Positions 58,401 through 59,854 of a stretch of DNA of 59,854 nt are shown here, one piece after another (position 1 is the first letter of the stretch; each line of letters opens with the position of its first letter). The notes beneath the pieces were generated by a model, which saw only the letters and a list, made by a program, of their open reading frames with translations, made no database searches and was not told the origin of the DNA. The DNA is taken from the IMG/VR virus record IMGVR_UViG_3300020352_000627, positions 1 through 59,854 of that record; one strand, given 5' to 3'. This DNA is from a virus (taxonomy: Duplodnaviria; Caudoviricetes). The translations under genes and the position numbers were made by a program.

Positions 58401-59854
58401 CTCAAGGAATGGCACAAACAGCTGGCGGCGCTCTTGGAATGATTGGATCAGTACCGTTGGCAATGGTATCAGACATTGTAAACAAGGCTCCTTTCATAAA
58501 AGATTTAACGCCAGATGAAGTCAAAGCGTTTACAAAAGAGCTTACTAGCGCATTTGCCAGTGGTTCACTAAATATGACGGGAGAAGGTCTTTCTAATTTT
58601 GTAGGTGGCGGAATTACTTTTGGACAATCCCTTGGTTTGAATCAAGATGAGCTATCTAAAACAGTTCAACAAGTAGGAGCTGCGCTACAGGAAGAACGAC
58701 TAGCTAGGGCCGATGAACTTGGAGTTGGAGGTGCAGTTAGGGCTCTTGATACTATTTCAGCAATTGCTGCTGATTTCGCTGTTGGCGAGGGGTTGTTCTC
58801 TGTGGGAGGTAAACTTCTTAAGGCCGCTGCAACAACTAGGGCTGGTGGAAAACTTGCAGTCGCAAACAAATATAGTATGAATGTAGGAGAAGAGTTGTCT
58901 AAAGGATTAGGCAAATTAAACGAGATAGGACAAATGCCTGTTGGCGAAGCGATAGGAACAGCACGGAAAAAAGTAGGAGATTTTGCATCAAATGCTGCTG
59001 AACGAATTAAGAAATTTAATGAAACTATGTCTAGCACCCCAAGAGGTAAAGCTCAAGCTGCAAAAATACAAGCTTTAAGAGAAAATGCTATTAAAGCAGG
59101 AATACCTGAAAATCAAGCTAATCAATTTATATCAGATGCTATTGAGACACAAAAAGATTTGAGCTATAGAATACAACAGAATGAAGGACTATTACCAGAT
59201 AGAGATCTTCTTGACTTAGCTCTAAATCGAAGAGATAGATTAAAGGAGATGGGCTATGATCCCGAACTTGCTGCTAAGCTTACTGGATTAGACTTTTTCC
59301 CTGAAAATCAACTAAATAATATTGTCAAAAACGAAGGATCACAGGCCGCTGAACGACAACTATATCAATATTTAGAGAGTGCAAGCCCAGAAGAGTTAGC
59401 TGCATTCAGGAAAAGCACACTTCAAGGACAACAACCCTTTAGAGCAATGCAGCGAGAAGCAAACGTAAAAACAACAATTGATGCGCAAAGAGCTGCTGCA
59501 GCTAGACAGCCATTTGGCAATACGTATACTCCAGGAGGACAGGGTCTGACTACCCAAGCAGCACCTCTTGCTCCATCAACCATTGCTCCACCAACCAGAG
59601 ATCCTAACATACTTCAACCTATGTTTGATCCTGGAACTGGAGGTACACTAAATCCAACAAGAGGAGGATATCCACTTAGTAATACTCCTCAAGGGCTGTT
59701 TACATCTCCAAGTTCAGCAGCTGTTTCTCCGACAACAGCACCGGCAAAAACGACAGCAGCAACTACAGCAACTACAAAACCGACAGCAGCAACTACAGCA
59801 ACTACAAAACCGACAACAGCAACTACAGCAACTACAAAACCGACAACAGCAACT
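46484..59854 (+). CDS. Giant tape measure protein, 3'-truncated (>4457 aa), multi-domain
   Basis: ATG at 46484 (MANAFNLTAQLNL); TP901-type TMP core; same frame at every segment translated, including the last codon; no closed + ORF is reported here in the track, implying no in-frame stop. Confidence 0.9.
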   Translation, partial: MANAFNLTAQLNLRGPSNLKPVIKNIKSQLGNINANVNLTVAKNSSANIAKLNAGLKALNKTLNTTTVTSRNAANAISSLGTAIKGINASQVSASINKATQASKQLAAQQQTVSKSLASSRTEMEEFGKQSGLAIRRFAAFSAVTAVVFKLNNAINTGVSSFIEFEQQFIRLQQVTGDSAQSLSRLQTSITKLSTGLGVTSQELSQVSVTLAQAGLNARETEKALEALALSALAPSFDNLNNTVEGSIALMRQFGISSNELGSALGSINAVAASFAVEAGDIIKAISRTGGVFANASKGVSEGTDALNEFIAVFTSVRATTRESAETIATGLRTIFTRIQRGSTIEALKEFGVTLTDLEGKFVGPFKAIQLLSEGLGRLDPRDISFSNIVEELGGFRQIGKVIPLIQQFATAQRALGVANAGQGSLAEDAAIAQLSLANQIAKVREEFLGLFREIGGSDSFQTIAKGALGLASALIKIADSVKGVLPVLAIMGAAKGLSAVTQFTAGFAGGIKSGGGARGFGSRMSGAPSGFATGGLVPGQGNRDTVPAMLTPGEFVIRKKAVETIGASKLGSMNKYAGGGKVQKFAKAGPVRYKADRGSKMQEVENLGARDGDSWRVNYIPSPDKVGPVTTRAVGYDAYEIGKGKGRKWERALGQIATDVADSEFKKGSSQAFTKGFNAVGDKNRSIGSRPLHNVGDVARELISQGLAVPAGSKATGSSPQPTDQQIATLKTFSFEYDKKTGKTKGGPLRPGFNLGGSVQRFENGGGIKVAKTGKVTKAAIAGATTSQIQSLLTNPNVRKNPASMASLTKALKEKQLQEAVLPKFAVIGLRGRNFNEKVKAPSSKKAVNIMGSVLPKGIADAYEGQMADGFTKTVKGISGQIAGKVGANVISDTELKAIITETGFYNAVGAYLESAVAGVGAPFLKSSINEPIDFPAGVGNVGSMFGIPGNIPTDTTRTVAEKGKSPQAFLGQVDRYIEKYGTTGALKLAAGGSVADTVPALLTPGEFVINKKAARSIGSAQLNKMNKADKLQGFNKGGPVGFADGGGVPLRPDVIQQSTVAIPDSARQGLEEIINVLEELGVQSKATSSVVANQGRVSYETAIDASKADLAKAKAAGASSAQIGVLTKNLINLQSEASASVKKRQGLESAFGAGGRDSATQQANILSQAETLAEGRIAKASATKGKNLTAEDIAKIRDSSFSDATRSVTGVSNADLKASGIKGSDIQQYISETELDLKSQDKFLEQFQTSRQKQLLSQKTQAGTAKYTAEEAKKLAAKEVKARRDVTKQIQKSRGLPTGGGFGSRLKGMGGPQASIAASLALPMITDFFAGGEPTSASGASSQALVQGGAGAISTGLAVGSIAGPIAGLAAGAVTLVKSFADAQNAAVEFAEKLSRSKIEESAEKLNKAFEILAKNAEDQQTINLVEAELRNISDETRKLVDSNNNTTQVGLLNMFDVFSSSEAFNQRGEVLSNQGIGAYLQTLFNSSGLEDAFDKERPRIARENAKLFAETTQATREFIHSLVNSGKTYEELINDPNLLKFSENLVLADVAVQRAIQNIQKAGGSSADVADFVARAAAEKAREQINISINTKALDDLNKSAKELSISFKRLFSSMDQQVARATFSLARFDEGLEQSINALSGSARIGESSSRDANILENPLAFSSADFNSATARSAGRFGEDSTLVRGILQLGPSLEDSILKTINTVLANDGDNPEIAKGRINRAVQEELKNLGLPASLAAKLSREIAKAVGDITNETDKGSVSLQELTEKISGLNDLIGTSAQARKTAINALNQWQSSLNSYASAINKITEMQLESANRLRRASSILFDAQVSLAGALGKDISLDTLERERDRDIRSRTGGLNDPVDIANSLSSLLDRRQAQAANRQAAGADINAPDASAAVVKTTQELAKTNFQINETRAALESLANDSNLASAALNKIQKAQQDQAGKVTFIEKLVTSTPAELKNLNNSFADLQRYISGQAISIQESTAAQKAYRKALRSGASRQDAQKEAQKAFADQRGNALSLLKEISPFLGDNQQSNDLRASALETMLRESGVGLNPMLTNVLDALRNPQLDPATAKAISTYEKAINIQSQANVQLARLNDELASKIAKSSAEAIRDALEGVTVKFDQQQLDDLVNGIRTAVPGGKPDGKAAGGIIYASQGTAVDFAPQGTDTVPAMLTPGEFVVNRSATQKNRPILEAINNGYSKGGSVSYYAGGGFVAGSAAAADDIWKYDASKKPITVDSFREAPTLDPYDAYTGLTIGREIAPSKVVFENDQARVSVPPLMGEGLTDDANTVLDKKILRTNKLLSISQTSKPLAEATLAFTKDAFGIKTKVSKNSLALGSGKRTFQMPVFRDTAKQYEEADFLKLVQDYGNVNLGRQTPGQKVGAFEEFIDASGGKLKIPLDIDAITTADPTIGMTFESSLFNDTVILKLKKLAARISDPDAGLGFFYGQNPAAYGKALMGYDVPNKTQADFGAGQKNIVGDSIFESAEGDNIVGQIPTNSYSAAMTKFSETKDRLNELKGLYDRGGRERESIFQDTDAGQKKITDKLKKIYTSNSPFMAYGFPSTDLTNLDKIGALKEAITIYGGGQLEFENKFRQTIQNLVGTTQIQANQTSLGTGKPIYISATGGPGKAFGWTQGVDLEDLDVDFAKRKQEAEDEMSRITGTNESKLKGFFNLDVPVNGNQQSIKIPYHLNYTKFDGKLWDSNNLTASPREMSDLLGGPGYILNAVAADALNPYAKFNAGNDIALAANQAAFDSDLVVSPDFIESKFQNATVKNYLGEVIEQSKTNLGSKTAALGPMSTTLAAGNGLSFFKKSNNTFIDPNISRVGLPTNARTTSLENYLTAVADQVLKAGKDAQEKAGSQVANPEEFKSTLSHMKYLKPAFETIANTAFSLFGAGGPYSLPGSQFGVPVQNLVNRQQIRDLSGILGGQLNSYTTGVAGSVVGGNFPNLASYDLYNNAEVLSHGAMAAFNSIAGSNTNLLSRYLNPEDLIKDNFNWQTLKDKTLTMFRALGAGQKSNAFLDGAQGKLTVDDKLDLSSILGEGDSIISSGPDKDGKFTRGKNGQIGDIDTLRNVLDIAFNPYNRFDEITDRKILINAIKARFMGATGSTGRPLFSQQMTQNVMDSMDAVKLWFGGEPGANADIAQPPEDFNAEGLSKEVKQNQQQQSSQTGSSVAGNVARGITAAGSFLPGLAGAGGADSISGAAASIRTSAWKGVDYLYDRDPATPDYATRLTELQNGFDQKIYDEAQKGFAELGALGNFGSLPPLDYYKSLGDPGYYKTGGMIYASQGQLVDFEPKGTDTVPAMLTPGEFVINKQATQKNLPLLKAINNGGAESYGANGVMYAADGTEGPVRSPAQTRAQKVQRFIALDKNKNGVLEGDEFPISKFRQDTNLDGLLTLDEFIGIMDNVNADDIKTYRNTQRRKQKFENNEERLNASALRTKDLKEQKKARSAYLRTRQEALDIGASIGEANAAGQEAYRNSINTYQSFDRDTYDRIDDLPLERQEIARKARERERLRTEEPIRFQKERRATLAADKKAEEDRIKAERAAKKAERLERIRETERIRREAEAKQAEADEKLKTKLLGGRADYRGRDKQRLDFDDDYDRGVMRKKVIADNYTFKDKTGGFSTTGTIEGVDYDAKMITIGKIDPKTGQPLLDDDGNQRTTTVPLDKLGDKTLERVTSSDQWNTGKLKAEKRRADKILKDKQLADAIQSGNEGAIYPIDSAGRPTTDGPLTPEELRQQNDIALAKQTDQVTMSTFRNLNAIEAKAIEKRQKKAARRAKTLENKERSDKLLAPVRAKKALIEDINNQLGPEEALLGRMFDQGKASSFAYKDSAFKSKQPRGREEAAYRIQREKVEELKERRRKVKNDEKVTVPNQPIKPRFGGKGGIKATEEEKQAINAKYEADLAAWQAEQNKYDALRTQDSTFAAGVDAFTKAPVVAQGIGAVQGVAQTAQGMAQTAGGALGMIGSVPLAMVSDIVNKAPFIKDLTPDEVKAFTKELTSAFASGSLNMTGEGLSNFVGGGITFGQSLGLNQDELSKTVQQVGAALQEERLARADELGVGGAVRALDTISAIAADFAVGEGLFSVGGKLLKAAATTRAGGKLAVANKYSMNVGEELSKGLGKLNEIGQMPVGEAIGTARKKVGDFASNAAERIKKFNETMSSTPRGKAQAAKIQALRENAIKAGIPENQANQFISDAIETQKDLSYRIQQNEGLLPDRDLLDLALNRRDRLKEMGYDPELAAKLTGLDFFPENQLNNIVKNEGSQAAERQLYQYLESASPEELAAFRKSTLQGQQPFRAMQREANVKTTIDAQRAAAARQPFGNTYTPGGQGLTTQAAPLAPSTIAPPTRDPNILQPMFDPGTGGTLNPTRGGYPLSNTPQGLFTSPSSAAVSPTTAPAKTTAATTATTKPTAATTATTKPTTATTATTKPTTAT
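59751..59854 (+). repeat. 30-bp tandem repeat encoding TTATTKPT(A/T)A
   Basis: AACTACAGCAACTACAAAACCGACA(G/A)CAGC, 3+ copies running off the window. Confidence 0.95.

Noticed and set aside
46423-59610. Many short minus-strand ORFs and + ORF 58002-58373 in the track
   Set aside because: Shadows of the giant open tape-measure frame; no SD or recognisable motifs
1-59854. Stop-codon recoding, tRNAs, introns or inteins
   Set aside because: Conserved genes (glmS, gmd, terL, MCP) are full-length and uninterrupted in the standard code; no cloverleaf or intein motifs noticed by eye

Overview
An AT-rich segment of a large tailed dsDNA phage genome (Caudoviricetes, probably long non-contractile tail; standard genetic code), most plausibly infecting a Planctomycete (inferred from SHD1, EF-hand and PGSxE(K/R) motifs). 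1-3.6 kb is a leftward early/accessory island of small ORFs. Several have promoters where sigma70-like boxes are nested with sigma28-like (TAAA-N15-17-nCCGATA) boxes. The island also holds a back-to-back pair of sigma54 (-24/-12) sites and three 11-7-11 quasi-palindromes resembling tyrosine-recombinase sites. 3.7-12.9 kb holds hypothetical genes, sugar-nucleotide genes (glmS, a eukaryote-type GNA1 acetyltransferase, gmd), a phage sigma factor, and HNH and ERCC4 nucleases. 12.9-46.4 kb holds terminase, portal, protease/scaffold, decoration and major capsid genes, a long tail-fibre/adhesin block, and neck/tail genes. An RGTGTA late-promoter-like motif precedes most rightward operons. From 46484 to the window end is a giant tape-measure ORF (>4457 aa), absent from the ORF track because it never closes. 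Four lambda-gpH-like 'GG...DTVPAxLTPGEFV' modules divide it, and it carries an intact-looking staphylococcal-nuclease domain, an EF-hand pair and an SHD1 domain, suggesting a processed, injected effector polyprotein. All calls come from reading motifs by eye; no database searches were run. No tRNA, CRISPR array, integrase or reverse transcriptase was seen.
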